Assembly (NCBI GenBank): GCA_039715015.1
Contig: JBDLIE010000018.1
Span: 1 to 50,880, forward strand
Length of the DNA: 50,880 bases
From: Thermodesulfobacteriota bacterium
GTDB taxonomy: Bacteria > Desulfobacterota > Desulfobulbia > Desulfobulbales > SURF-16
Direction: 5' to 3'
Shown here: positions 19,505 through 29,338 of the stretch, one piece after another
Position numbering within the stretch: the stretch's first letter is position 1
How the letters are laid out: every line of letters begins with the position of its first letter
Program-made: the position numbers and the translations under genes
The notes under the pieces: generated by a model
Seen by the model: the letters and a program-made list of their open reading frames with translations, nothing else
What the model was told of the DNA's origin: nothing
The model's database searches: none

Positions 19505-19542
19505 AAAAAAATCGGATTTACCACCAACGGCAGTAAACCCGA
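19505..19542 (-). terminator. Intrinsic terminator between precursor and maturase
   Basis: Minus strand TCGGGTTTACTGCC-GTT-GGTGGTAAATCCGA followed by T7. Confidence 0.75.
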
Positions 19543-19612
19543 CGCAAATCTTGAAAGTGCAACCTGCATTCTGAGGCAGAAACCTTGTCGGCAGTAGATG
19601 CCGGAAAGATTC

Positions 19613-20071
19613 CTACTTCCTTTGACCACCACAGCTGGAGCCTGCACCATCCTTCTTCTGACCACTACAGCTGGAGCCTGTACCATCCTTCATCTGGCCA
19701 CTACAGCTGGAGCCTGCACCATCCTTCTTCTTTTCGACACCTCCGGTGTCGCCTTTTTTACCGCCTCAGCTGGAGCCGGCTGGATCAGCCTTCTTGTCAT
19801 CAGCGCTCACGGCGCTGCCTTTTTTACCGCCTCAGCTAGAGCCGGCTGGATCAGCCTTCTTATCATCAGCGCTCACGGCGCTGCCTTTTTTACCACCTCA
19901 GCTGGATCCTGTCTGATGCTGCTCCTCCTCGCCAGCGCCACCTGCGCCGGTTTTACCAGGGCCTCAACTACTGCTGGCAATTCCTGTTCCGGGAACAGCG
20001 ACTCCTGCTCCAGCAATCAGTCCGGCGAGACCGAACTGTGCCAGAGTCTTCTTGAGCTCCTTTATTTCCAC
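19613..20071 (-). CDS. sbtA: SbtA-family selenobiotic RiPP precursor, 152 aa, 4 Sec and 3 Cys core motifs
   Basis: GAGGAGG RBS, GTG 20071, leader MEIKELKKTLAQFGLAGLIAGAG; in-frame TGA at codons 36, 58, 80, 102 in SS-U-G; TGT at codons 123, 135, 147 in SS-C-[SG]; TAG 19615-19613. Confidence 0.88.
19624..19910 (-). repeat. Coding tandem repeats within the precursor: 66-nt Sec units and 36-nt Cys units
   Basis: GSSUGGKKGSAVSADDKKADPA twice, nearly identical; KDG[AT]GSSC[SG]GQ three times. Confidence 0.9.
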
Positions 20072-20216
20072 GTCATTCCTCCTCAGCAAAGGATTTAGTG
20101 AGACACAAAGATGGCTGGGAGCAATCTTTGCCCTTCTTGGTAAAATTCAGTATGTCATAACAGATTAGTTTTTTCCACCTACTTTTATTATTAGATAGGT
20201 TTTTCTGATTAGCTGT

Positions 20217-21077
20217 TTACTGGCCTGCAAAGCCTTGCCACTTTTTGACTTTTTCATTGTAGATCATGGCCTCCTCAGCTCGGCCATGCTTTAAGCAGCC
20301 CTTCTCGTAAATTTTTGCTTTTTTAACAATTTCATGGGCAAGAGTAAGACGATGGTGCGGCGTACACCTTTCCAGGTTAGCCACCTTTTCCATGGAGCGG
20401 ATACGAAACCGATCCATCCCCACCCGAAACAGGGATGAAACCTGATCTTCCCGCCCCCCCTGTTTATAGGTAAGTGGCTCATCAATCTTAAGAAAAGGCA
20501 GGGAGGTGCTGGCCCGTAACCAGAGTTCGTAATCTTCGCAACAGGGAAAGGACTCATCAAAAATTCCAACCTGGTTAAAAAAATCTCGCCGGGCCATGAC
20601 CGTTGACATCCCCACGCAGCATAGGGGCAGACATTGTTTAAAGATATGGCCGTGGGGGCGGGCATGTATCTTTTTTTGGTTCAAAAACACACCCCGTCTA
20701 TACCACACCTCATCGGTGTGGCTAATCAGGTAGTCAGGATTCTCAGCCATGGCCCGGGCCTGGATTACCAGCTTTTTCTTGTCCCACCAGTCATCGGAAT
20801 CGAGAAAAGCAAGAAGACCGTGAGAGGCCTCTCTGATCCCCAGATTACGGGCAGCGGCAGGGCCTTTGTTTTCTTGATGGAGGCTGCGAACATTGTCGCC
20901 ATAAGAGTTCAACACTTTCTGGGTTTCATCAGTGGAGCCATCATCGACCACCAGCACCTCAAAGTCCACATCAACCTGGACCAGCACAGAATCTATAGCC
21001 TTTTCAAGCAAGCCTCCGGCCCGGTTATAGGTGGGGATTATGACAGATACCGACTCCAGTTCAGCCATGACCATCAA
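20217..21077 (-). CDS. Glycosyltransferase family 2
   Basis: SVIIPTYNR, VVDDGSTD, AFLDSDD, EDYELWLR. Confidence 0.92.
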   Translation of the reverse strand: MMVMAELESVSVIIPTYNRAGGLLEKAIDSVLVQVDVDFEVLVVDDGSTDETQKVLNSYGDNVRSLHQENKGPAAARNLGIREASHGLLAFLDSDDWWDKKKLVIQARAMAENPDYLISHTDEVWYRRGVFLNQKKIHARPHGHIFKQCLPLCCVGMSTVMARRDFFNQVGIFDESFPCCEDYELWLRASTSLPFLKIDEPLTYKQGGREDQVSSLFRVGMDRFRIRSMEKVANLERCTPHHRLTLAHEIVKKAKIYEKGCLKHGRAEEAMIYNEKVKKWQGFAGQ

Positions 21078-21976
21078 CCATGATAGATGATCTCACCGCC
21101 GTGCTCCACAACCTCAACATCATCTTCAAGATGGTGCAGAACTATACCACCGTCATCATTGATGGCCTTCACTTTGGCAGCGTACTGAGGGTTGTCTTGG
21201 GCATTGAAACCAAAGGAAACCAGGCGCCCGCAACTGGTGCACAGCCCCCTATAGGAATTCATGAAAATGTGATGATCACCTTCAAGCCCTTCCTCCTCAT
21301 AGGTAAGAAGACCAATATTCCAGCGTAGCTTGGCAAGAAGGTCCACAGCCACCAAACCAAGATCAAAATCATGACCAGCGCAGGTCTTCATACTGGCAGC
21401 AAGGGGGGCCAGTTCTTCTGGAAACTGTGAATTATTGACATTGAGCCCGATGCCCACCAGAATAAATTCTTCGGACGACTCCGGACAGATAAAGGTTTCG
21501 CAGAGGATCCCACAAACCTTCTTCCCTTCAACCAGGACATCATTAACCCATTTCAGCTCGGCATCAAGACCAAAATGGCGCGCCGTCTCACAGGCACTCA
21601 GACCGGCAGCCAGGGGCAAAAGTTGGGTGGTTTGTGGTAGCCATTGATTAAAAAGAGCCGTTACCATCCAGATCCCGCCGGCCGGGGCATGCCAGGGCCT
21701 CTTAAAACGCCCTTGACCATCTGTCAGGGCTTCAGCAAACAGTGTCGAACCGCTGGCAAAGCTGCGCTTTTCTTGTGATGCCGCCCGGATCTGCTGGCGG
21801 ACTTCATCCATGGCACGGGGCAAAGACCTATAGGGCTGGATATGTGAGCCAACAATGGCTCCGTAACGAAAAATATCGGCGGCGGGTAAAGAAGAACCGG
21901 CAGAACGCCGGTCCATTTCTTCCTGGGCTATATAAGAGGCAAGGAGATCAGGAGAAGGGAAAGGAGTTACTCCCAT
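21074..21976 (-). CDS. birA: Biotin--protein ligase (no HTH domain evident)
   Basis: GQGRFKRPW, LKWVNDVLVEGKKVCGILCE, VGIGLNVN. Confidence 0.88.
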   Translation of the reverse strand: MGVTPFPSPDLLASYIAQEEMDRRSAGSSLPAADIFRYGAIVGSHIQPYRSLPRAMDEVRQQIRAASQEKRSFASGSTLFAEALTDGQGRFKRPWHAPAGGIWMVTALFNQWLPQTTQLLPLAAGLSACETARHFGLDAELKWVNDVLVEGKKVCGILCETFICPESSEEFILVGIGLNVNNSQFPEELAPLAASMKTCAGHDFDLGLVAVDLLAKLRWNIGLLTYEEEGLEGDHHIFMNSYRGLCTSCGRLVSFGFNAQDNPQYAAKVKAINDDGGIVLHHLEDDVEVVEHGGEIIYHG

Positions 21977-22614
21977 TCCGCCTTGACCCGGGTGATGATT
22001 TTTTCAACCAGAGGAAGAATCTCTGGGGGGCAAATTCCCATTAATGGTTCGCCCTGTTCCACACTCTGACCTGGGGAAAAATAGACCGAATGAATAATCC
22101 CGGCCTCGCCTTCGTAGTAGACGGGAGTATCACGTTTCATTAACGACATGGTGAAGATCTCGTCACCGCTTTTCACCTTCACCGAACGCTGACCAAATTT
22201 ATCGATTCGGTTCTGGATGTCCATGGCAAAATAATATTTGGCCTTTTCCGGTGCCTTAAAGGGCTTAAGAACCTTACGGAGGATTTGCTCGATAATCTCC
22301 TTCTTTTTCAAGGGATGGCGGATGGTCATAATTTTCTCACCCGCCTCAACAAATTTTCCCTCAAGCTCAGAGCGGAGGAAAGAGACCTCGCCCTTGGTCA
22401 CCGAATGGATCGGTTTCTTGTTACGCTCTCGTGTTAGTTCACAGAGCAGGGTCCCCTTGATATGACGAAACTCTCCAGATGCTCCCTCAACCTTGGCACC
22501 GTCCCGGACATGGAAACGGACCTGGCCGGTGTGTCTGGTGTGGATATCTTCATAGGCAAAAGGGTCTTGCCTGTACTGACTTAATACTGAATCGTAATCT
22601 ATTTCATTTTGCAT
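21967..22614 (-). CDS. Biotin carboxyl carrier-like protein with tandem biotinyl/lipoyl-type folds
   Basis: VKSGDEIFTMSLMKR and GQSVEQGEPL; between carboxyltransferase and birA. Confidence 0.72.
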   Translation of the reverse strand: MQNEIDYDSVLSQYRQDPFAYEDIHTRHTGQVRFHVRDGAKVEGASGEFRHIKGTLLCELTRERNKKPIHSVTKGEVSFLRSELEGKFVEAGEKIMTIRHPLKKKEIIEQILRKVLKPFKAPEKAKYYFAMDIQNRIDKFGQRSVKVKSGDEIFTMSLMKRDTPVYYEGEAGIIHSVYFSPGQSVEQGEPLMGICPPEILPLVEKIITRVKAEWE

Positions 22615-22640
22615 GGATATATCCTACAAAAACAGCCTGG

Positions 22641-24887
22641 TTAACGGTAATACAGGCTATTGCCGCCCATTGTCATTAATGACTTGTACAGATTATGACG
22701 GAACTCCCGCCGGTCCCAGATGCCGTGGATATGGCCTCTTTTCAGGGCGTTGCGGGCATTATGATAATCAGGTGGAATTTCCTCGCCGGTTGTGTCACGG
22801 ATAACCCTAGGGCCGGCAAAACCGATCCGACTGGAACGGATGGCAAATTGGTAAAATGAACATCCCAGGAAACTGGCCACGGGTCCGGCATAGGAGTTAT
22901 TGTCATGCACAACGATATACAGACCGCCGGCATCAATATACTCCCGAACAGCCATGGTACATTTCGGCATCTGGGTAACGCCCAGAGTACCTTCCTGTAT
23001 GCGGATACCGCCGGTTGTGTGGACATAGGAAAGCAGAGGACGCCGCATCATCCGGGCCCGTTCAGCAGCCTGGACAAACTTCTCGCCCTCAGCAGAACCC
23101 ACCGTACCATTCCGGAAATTGGAATAGAGCATGGCAACAACCACCTCAACACCGAGAACCCGGGCATCAAAGGTAATCATCGAGCTTTTGCGCCCTGTTT
23201 TCTTCTTGGCATCCTCTAGACGCTCACCAAAACCGGAGGCCTTTAAGGGGTTTCCTGCGGCGATATCTTCATTGAACTCGCGAATGGAATCACGGTCAAA
23301 AAGATGCTTGAGATACCACTCATACTCCAGGGGAAAATGATGGCCGCATGTTTCACAGACGCCACCAAACTCACCATAGAGATCAGGGACCCAGAGATCC
23401 TTGCAGCCATAGCGCTCCGAATTTGGGCAGGTTACGGTGCGATCCTCGTTAGCCAGAGGGCTGGTATAGGTATCGTCGTAAAGTTCTTCGGCACCTGCCG
23501 GAGCGGATAGAGCCGTGGCATTCTTGGAGTCTGCCTTACGGTTAAAGAGATCAAATACACCGGCAAAGGGAGCTGCCACCTGCTTGATGACCGCTGAACT
23601 CTCACCGGTGACATCGCGCATCACCTGTTTCACCTGTTTCTTTTGGCTGTGGAGCAAGTCGTAACGGAAATTATAGAAATACTTACTGGTCTTCCGGCGC
23701 ATACGCTGGGCCAAAGCGCCGAGAAGGGTCCCTTTTTTACAGAGACCATCACAGGCCATATCGCGATATTTTTTGGACCTCAGCTCCAGCAAACGCCTAA
23801 CCTCTTCACGGTTAAGCTCCCAAGACACGTCAATATGCGGGTCTTCAGGGTGCTCTTCTTCAGAGCGTTTCACCTTGAGTTCATAGGCCCGGAAGGCTCG
23901 CAGACTTTTTGTCTTTAGAACAACCTCATCTGTCGCGCGGATCATCTCAAACTTAACACGTTTGAAAAAACTAAAATCGTCACGTTTACCGCCAAGGAGC
24001 GGCTCGTCAATGACCCTGTCAATGGTCCGGAGACGAAGATTATCCTGAGCTGTGATTTTCAGGCGCTCGGCGCATCTTTCCACCATTTCCGGCGGCACCT
24101 TTTCACCTTCACGGATCTTGCCTTCAATGGCCGCAGCACCTTCCGGGGAGATAACAGAGTAATAGCCGTGGGAAAACATCATCCGGTAATCGGAAAGGCC
24201 AATGGCCTCGGCACCGCCGGAGCCACCTTCAGAGATCAGGGAGATAATCGGCACCCTGAGTTTAGTCATGGCAAAAATATTACGGGCAATCTGTTGACCG
24301 GCGCCGGGATAATCCTCAATGGGAAAAGAACCGGGGGTGAAAATATAGGAATGAATGGGGATGCCTTCGATCTGGGCCACCTTCATGAAACGCAGGGCCT
24401 TTTCATTTCCCCAGGGCTTACTGGAGCCGCCGTTACGGTACTCCTCACCATGGCCTTTCTCATGACCAATGACCATGACCCGCTGGGTCACGGTTTTGCC
24501 CTTCACGGTGGCTGAAATAGTGGCCTTGGCACAGACCATGGATGCGTCAATGGAGGCCTCTTCTTCACCACCAAGCTCAGTGTAATCGTCATAGACGTTT
24601 TCCAGAATATCCTTTAACGAAAAACGCAACGGACTCCGGACAATACGGACCCGGTCCATACTGGTCAGGCTTTCTTCGCCCCGTTCCTCAAGGAACTTGA
24701 TCTCATCCTCAAGACCACTGATCTTGGCTAACAGAGAATCAGCACTCAGGTCAAAAATAGCATCACGCAGGGCGCTGAAACGCTCCTGCAGGCTATCTAC
24801 ATTGCCCCATTCCGAAGAACCTTTTACCTGAATGAGGTAATTAATCCTCTCATCTATTTTTTGAAGTCGCTTTCGTATTTCTTGCAT
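22641..24887 (-). CDS. accA/accD: Acetyl-CoA carboxylase carboxyltransferase, fused alpha (N-terminal) and beta (C-terminal) subunits
   Basis: AccA motifs SEGGSGGA and YYSVISPEGAAAI; AccD Zn-finger CPN..C..CETC, GTVGSAEGEK, GGIRIQEG, IGFAGPRVI. Confidence 0.9.
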   Translation of the reverse strand: MQEIRKRLQKIDERINYLIQVKGSSEWGNVDSLQERFSALRDAIFDLSADSLLAKISGLEDEIKFLEERGEESLTSMDRVRIVRSPLRFSLKDILENVYDDYTELGGEEEASIDASMVCAKATISATVKGKTVTQRVMVIGHEKGHGEEYRNGGSSKPWGNEKALRFMKVAQIEGIPIHSYIFTPGSFPIEDYPGAGQQIARNIFAMTKLRVPIISLISEGGSGGAEAIGLSDYRMMFSHGYYSVISPEGAAAIEGKIREGEKVPPEMVERCAERLKITAQDNLRLRTIDRVIDEPLLGGKRDDFSFFKRVKFEMIRATDEVVLKTKSLRAFRAYELKVKRSEEEHPEDPHIDVSWELNREEVRRLLELRSKKYRDMACDGLCKKGTLLGALAQRMRRKTSKYFYNFRYDLLHSQKKQVKQVMRDVTGESSAVIKQVAAPFAGVFDLFNRKADSKNATALSAPAGAEELYDDTYTSPLANEDRTVTCPNSERYGCKDLWVPDLYGEFGGVCETCGHHFPLEYEWYLKHLFDRDSIREFNEDIAAGNPLKASGFGERLEDAKKKTGRKSSMITFDARVLGVEVVVAMLYSNFRNGTVGSAEGEKFVQAAERARMMRRPLLSYVHTTGGIRIQEGTLGVTQMPKCTMAVREYIDAGGLYIVVHDNNSYAGPVASFLGCSFYQFAIRSSRIGFAGPRVIRDTTGEEIPPDYHNARNALKRGHIHGIWDRREFRHNLYKSLMTMGGNSLYYR

Positions 24888-24908
24888 AAGATAAAACAGG
24901 TGATTTTT

Positions 24909-26315
24909 TTAAAAGGTTAACAACCTGTCAATATTTTCCTTAAGGTACTCAAGGTTGGTCATCATGGCTTCGCCACTACTGGTCTCACCTTCGATGGCTA
25001 CCTGGTTTAGAAAAGCTAACCCCCGCTCTTTGGCCTCGGCAATGGACTTACCCCAGACCAGAGCCAGGGCCAGATTGGGATCAAAATCACTGGGAATAGC
25101 ATAGGAGCGATCCGCAGGGACCTGGGTATAAACGGCTGACCAGTCATGCTCAGGGAATTTAAAGGTGTTAATAGTTCCAATCCAGGGAGCAAAATCACGA
25201 CTGGTGTCCTCGGCAACGATACGAAACTCAATACAGGCGCCCTGAAATTTGATTCGGCGCTGGCTGTAGCCGATCTTGTCGCCAAGAGCTACCCGGATCT
25301 GTTCCCGAATCAGATTAGGCTGCTTTTTCTTATAAAAGGAAATTCGAGCCGAGACATCATTTTCAACCTGAATACGAGTATTTACCTCAAGAAGATACGG
25401 TTGGCCGTTACGGGCAACAATCCACTCCCAGGTGCCAACATTGTCATAACGAACATGGCTGGCGAGCTTGAGGGAATAGTCAACAACCTGCTCAAGAACC
25501 TTTTCTGCATCAAAATCGTAATTAAAGCAACTCTTATCAAAGCCAGGAGCGGCCTCCAGCCTTTTCTGGCGGCCTGTTGACTGGATGGTACAATTTCTGG
25601 TGCCGAAATGGATCCGCTCCCCATGCTGGGAGCAGAGCAGTTGGACCTCAAGATGATTATAATCACGGAGGCATTGCTCTATGAGAACACCGCCATCGCC
25701 AAACTGGCGCTTGGCGTAATTCTTAACCTCCCGGTAGGTTCGCCGAAACTGCTCAATACGGTTCACCTCTTCAATACCCATACCACCGCCGCCTGCAGCC
25801 GCCTTAACCAGGATGGAAGGATTTTCAATGCCCTCCTCAAGCTGATCATTGAGAAGCTTGGCAGCAACGGCCTCTGCCTCCATTTCATTATAAATAGGAG
25901 CATCAGTGCCGGGGATGGTGGGAATACCAAGGCCATTGGCGACCTTCTTGGTATTGATCTTGTCACCAAGGTCCTTGATCACCTCCCACTTGGGGCCGAT
26001 AAATATCAGGGGCCGATTGCGCATGGTGACCCGACGGGCAAATCGAAAATCCTCCGAGAAGAAACCATAGCCTGGATGGATGGCCGTACAATGAGTGTGG
26101 TCGGCAATGGAGAGTATTTCGTTTGGGTCGGTATAGCTTGAGATACGCCAGACCTTTTGATTGGCACCACTGCCTTCGGCATAGCGACGGACATGCTCGG
26201 AGTCCTTGTCCGGATCCGTATATACCATCACAAAATCAAGACCAAGATCTTCACAGGCTTTAGCAATCCTGATAGCGATCTCACCTCTATTTGCAATCAA
26301 TACCTTAGCTTTCAA
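24909..26315 (-). CDS. accC: Biotin carboxylase
   Basis: KVLIANRGEIAIRI, IHPGYGF, KAAAGGGGMG, EVNTRIQVE. Confidence 0.93.
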   Translation of the reverse strand: MKAKVLIANRGEIAIRIAKACEDLGLDFVMVYTDPDKDSEHVRRYAEGSGANQKVWRISSYTDPNEILSIADHTHCTAIHPGYGFFSEDFRFARRVTMRNRPLIFIGPKWEVIKDLGDKINTKKVANGLGIPTIPGTDAPIYNEMEAEAVAAKLLNDQLEEGIENPSILVKAAAGGGGMGIEEVNRIEQFRRTYREVKNYAKRQFGDGGVLIEQCLRDYNHLEVQLLCSQHGERIHFGTRNCTIQSTGRQKRLEAAPGFDKSCFNYDFDAEKVLEQVVDYSLKLASHVRYDNVGTWEWIVARNGQPYLLEVNTRIQVENDVSARISFYKKKQPNLIREQIRVALGDKIGYSQRRIKFQGACIEFRIVAEDTSRDFAPWIGTINTFKFPEHDWSAVYTQVPADRSYAIPSDFDPNLALALVWGKSIAEAKERGLAFLNQVAIEGETSSGEAMMTNLEYLKENIDRLLTF

Positions 26316-26841
26316 AATAAACCTCGGGTAAAGTAGGGTATGCCAGAGATGGCATCATTAAAAATATAAAAGTTTGGGAAAGTAACAGTGAGGTCAAAAA
26401 AATCTTGTAAATAATTTTTTTTAACATTGAACATCTGCCTGACACCTAAGCCATTTAAAGCAAAAGGCAGTTTTCTTTGTATGGAGTGAACTCTTATCCA
26501 GAGTCAAAATTATCACTTCCTGCTAGAAAAAAGAAACCTTTACTACCAGGAAACGAAGCTGGTTTATACCTTTTTCCCGAGCACTGGTCAATTTTTTTGT
26601 AAATTAGCTGGCTTTTTAACTATGCTCTTCTTATATTTTTTCAACTAAAGAGATCTTCCCTGTAAAGAGAAGTCAACATCTTATTTTTATTAACAATACC
26701 GTATTTTCAGCCATTTCGTCGGCTCCACGACAGAGACGGATTGCAGTTGTATTAATGGGTACCTTGAAAATTCGACTTTCTGTTCAAGGGCAAAGCAATT
26801 TTCAAGGTGTTCTCTTGCCAGAGGTAACTATACCAACTCTA

Positions 26842-27696
26842 ATGTCAGACAATCCCACTCCCACCTCCCCCTCCCTTTTTAGAAAAATCCTCCATTATTT
26901 TGGGTTAGCAGGCAGTCCCGACCCTGCCGAAGATCTGAGCAACGAACTACAGGAGCTCATTGAGGAAGGAGAGGAACATGGCCTGATCAGTACCCTCGAA
27001 GGCGAGATGCTGACATCCATCTTTGATTTCAGGGATACACAGGTCAAAGAGATCATGACTCCGGCCACGGAAATCATCTCCTCCCCTCTTTCGTCTTCTC
27101 CCTGCGACATCATTAAACTTATTAATGAACACGGCTTCTCCCGCATTCCGATCTACGATGATTCACCAGACAGAATCGAAGGCTTTATCCATGCCAAGGA
27201 TCTCCTCAGCTGCTCTGATACGTCACCGGTCACCCATATTGGCCCACTGCTCACTCCCATGATTTTTGTTAATGAAAATGATAAAGTCATGGCCTTGCTT
27301 CAAGACTTCCAGGCCAATAACACCCATCTGGCTATTGTCGCCGATGAGTTTGGCGCCACCCGTGGCCTTGTTACCCTTGAAGACATCCTCGAAGAAATTG
27401 TCGGGGAGATTGCCGACGAATCTGACAAACAGGAAAACCTATGGCGGGTCATTGATGACAATACCGTGGTCACCGATGCCAAGATCGATCTTGACGCTGT
27501 TGAGGCTTTTTTCAACACGAAATTCCCTGAAGGCCCCTATGAGTCCATTGGCGGTTTTATAATTGACCAGCATGGCCGGATCCCTGAGCGTGGCGCCACA
27601 GTTTCCTACCCCCCCCTCACCCTCACCGTCCTGAAGGCGGATCAGCGGCGTATTAAGATGGTGAAAATCCAGATTGAATCAGAAAAAGAATCCTAA
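26842..27696 (+). CDS. CorC/HlyC-family CBS-domain protein
   Basis: GFSRIPIY, AIVADEFGATRGLVTLEDILEEIVGEI; abuts lnt; start uncertain (26755 or 26842). Confidence 0.9.
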   Translation: MSDNPTPTSPSLFRKILHYFGLAGSPDPAEDLSNELQELIEEGEEHGLISTLEGEMLTSIFDFRDTQVKEIMTPATEIISSPLSSSPCDIIKLINEHGFSRIPIYDDSPDRIEGFIHAKDLLSCSDTSPVTHIGPLLTPMIFVNENDKVMALLQDFQANNTHLAIVADEFGATRGLVTLEDILEEIVGEIADESDKQENLWRVIDDNTVVTDAKIDLDAVEAFFNTKFPEGPYESIGGFIIDQHGRIPERGATVSYPPLTLTVLKADQRRIKMVKIQIESEKES

Positions 27697-29214
27697 ATGC
27701 CTGCCGCCCTTTTACCCTTCCTCTCCGTTCTTCTTCTCTACCTCGCCTCTCCAGGTCCTGGTTTTTCTTTTCTGGCTTGGGGCGCCCTTGTCCCCCTGTT
27801 TCTGTTCTGCAAAAAGAGTTCGCCGGGCAGGAGTGCCTTATGGGGTTTAGCTGCCGGCACCCTGTACCATCTTCTTCTCGTCTACTGGGTAACCATCTCC
27901 ATGGAGACCTATGGTGGCTTGCAGCCTCTAGTTTCATGGCCGGCTCTTCTCCTGCTTGCCCTGTATATGGCCCTCTACTTTTCCCTTTTTTGTTTCCTGA
28001 TAAGCAAAACAAAAAGCCGCCTGCCCCTCCTCTGGTTTGGCCCCTTGCTCTGGGTAAGTCTCGACTATATCCGCGGTTTTCTTCTCACCGGCTTTCCCTG
28101 GATGGATCTGGGCTACACTCAGTATAAATCCCCCCTGCTGATCCAAACCGCTGACCTTCTCGGCCATCATGGCATCACCTTTATCCTGATTTTAGTCAAC
28201 ACCTTGCTGGCCCAAATCTTCGTAGACAGAAAGTGGTTTCGAAAAAACATCAAGCAGGCTTGCACTGCCCTGCTGCTTCTTTCCATAGCACTGGGCTATT
28301 CCGGGATCCGGCCTTATCACGTTCGACAAGATCTGCAGTCGAGCCCGACACTACAAGTGGCTGTGATCCAGGCCAATATCGACCAGGCCCTGAAATGGCA
28401 ACAGGATCACAAAAAAACAAGCCTGGATCGTCACCTGCAACTCACTCGCCAGGCCCGAAAGGAAAATAAGGCGACCCTGGTTATCTGGCCGGAAACAGCT
28501 TTGGCCTTCTACCCCAGCCACGATCCTCTGATGCCCTATGTGGAAAAGGAGACCGTGCAGAGTGACTCCTTTCACCTGCTTACCGGTGCCCCCTATGTCT
28601 TACACCGGGATACAAAGTATGATTATTACAACAGCGCCTTACTTTTAAAGCCGGACGGCGACCCCGAAATCTATTTCAAACAGCACCTTGTTCCCTTTGG
28701 CGAGTATATCCCCCTGCGCTCCATCCTGCCCATTCCCAAACCCATTGTCGAAAGCCTTGGTGATTTCTCAGCAGGCACCTCAGGAAGGCCCCTCAATGCT
28801 GGCGTCGCAAAAATCGGCACCCTTATCTGCATTGAGGCCATCTATCCAAATCTGGCCCGTCATGAAACAGCTTTGGGGGCAAATATTCTCGCCAATATCA
28901 CCAACGATGCCTGGTTTGGAGCCTCAAGTGCACCTGTTCAACACCTGGCCATGGCCATTTTCCGCACCGTTGAAAACAGACGCAGCATGGCGCGGGCCGC
29001 CAACACCGGCATTTCCGCCCTTATCCTGCCCACCGGAGAGATTCTGCGCCAGACAGGTCTCTTTGAACAAGGCTTTCTCAGCGCCGAGCTGCCCCTTTTA
29101 AACACCACAACATTTTTCACCAAGGCAGGCTTTCTCTTTCCTCTTTTCTCCCTTGCGGCTACCCTGCTCTTGTTGGGGATTTTTTTGAAAAAGAAGGCAC
29201 GCCAAGTAAAATAA
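27697..29214 (+). CDS. lnt: Apolipoprotein N-acyltransferase
   Basis: GFPW, WPETA, KQHLVPFGEY, ICIE, NITNDAWF, RAANTGIS. Confidence 0.96.
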   Translation: MPAALLPFLSVLLLYLASPGPGFSFLAWGALVPLFLFCKKSSPGRSALWGLAAGTLYHLLLVYWVTISMETYGGLQPLVSWPALLLLALYMALYFSLFCFLISKTKSRLPLLWFGPLLWVSLDYIRGFLLTGFPWMDLGYTQYKSPLLIQTADLLGHHGITFILILVNTLLAQIFVDRKWFRKNIKQACTALLLLSIALGYSGIRPYHVRQDLQSSPTLQVAVIQANIDQALKWQQDHKKTSLDRHLQLTRQARKENKATLVIWPETALAFYPSHDPLMPYVEKETVQSDSFHLLTGAPYVLHRDTKYDYYNSALLLKPDGDPEIYFKQHLVPFGEYIPLRSILPIPKPIVESLGDFSAGTSGRPLNAGVAKIGTLICIEAIYPNLARHETALGANILANITNDAWFGASSAPVQHLAMAIFRTVENRRSMARAANTGISALILPTGEILRQTGLFEQGFLSAELPLLNTTTFFTKAGFLFPLFSLAATLLLLGIFLKKKARQVK

Positions 29215-29338
29215 TTGACGGCCCAAGAACCTTTTGGGTATAGATGCACTCATCATTTGCAGAGATATTTCACCTAATTCTTCTCTCCATTGCACTCACA
29301 GGCTGGGCCGGGAGCCTTGCCTGCAGGTATAAAAAGAC

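Noticed and set aside
19613..19970. Repeat array as a possible CRISPR
   Set aside because: Units are multiples of 3, spacers are not unique, and no cas genes are present
19964..20071. Reading the precursor as a pseudogene or a 35-aa peptide
   Set aside because: Four UGAs at the same motif position, each with a hairpin and aligned with TGT in sister repeats, are not random nonsense mutations
19585..20098. Plus-strand repetitive ORFs 19585-19839 and 19598-20098, and minus ORF 19492-19686
   Set aside because: Antisense or off-frame shadows of the SbtA repeats; the RBS, leader and SS[U/C]G periodicity identify the 20071-19613 frame
16637..21077. MFS transporter and GT2 as parts of the selenobiotic cluster
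   Set aside because: The MFS gene is convergent and GT2 overlaps the end of the acc-birA run; proximity is the only link
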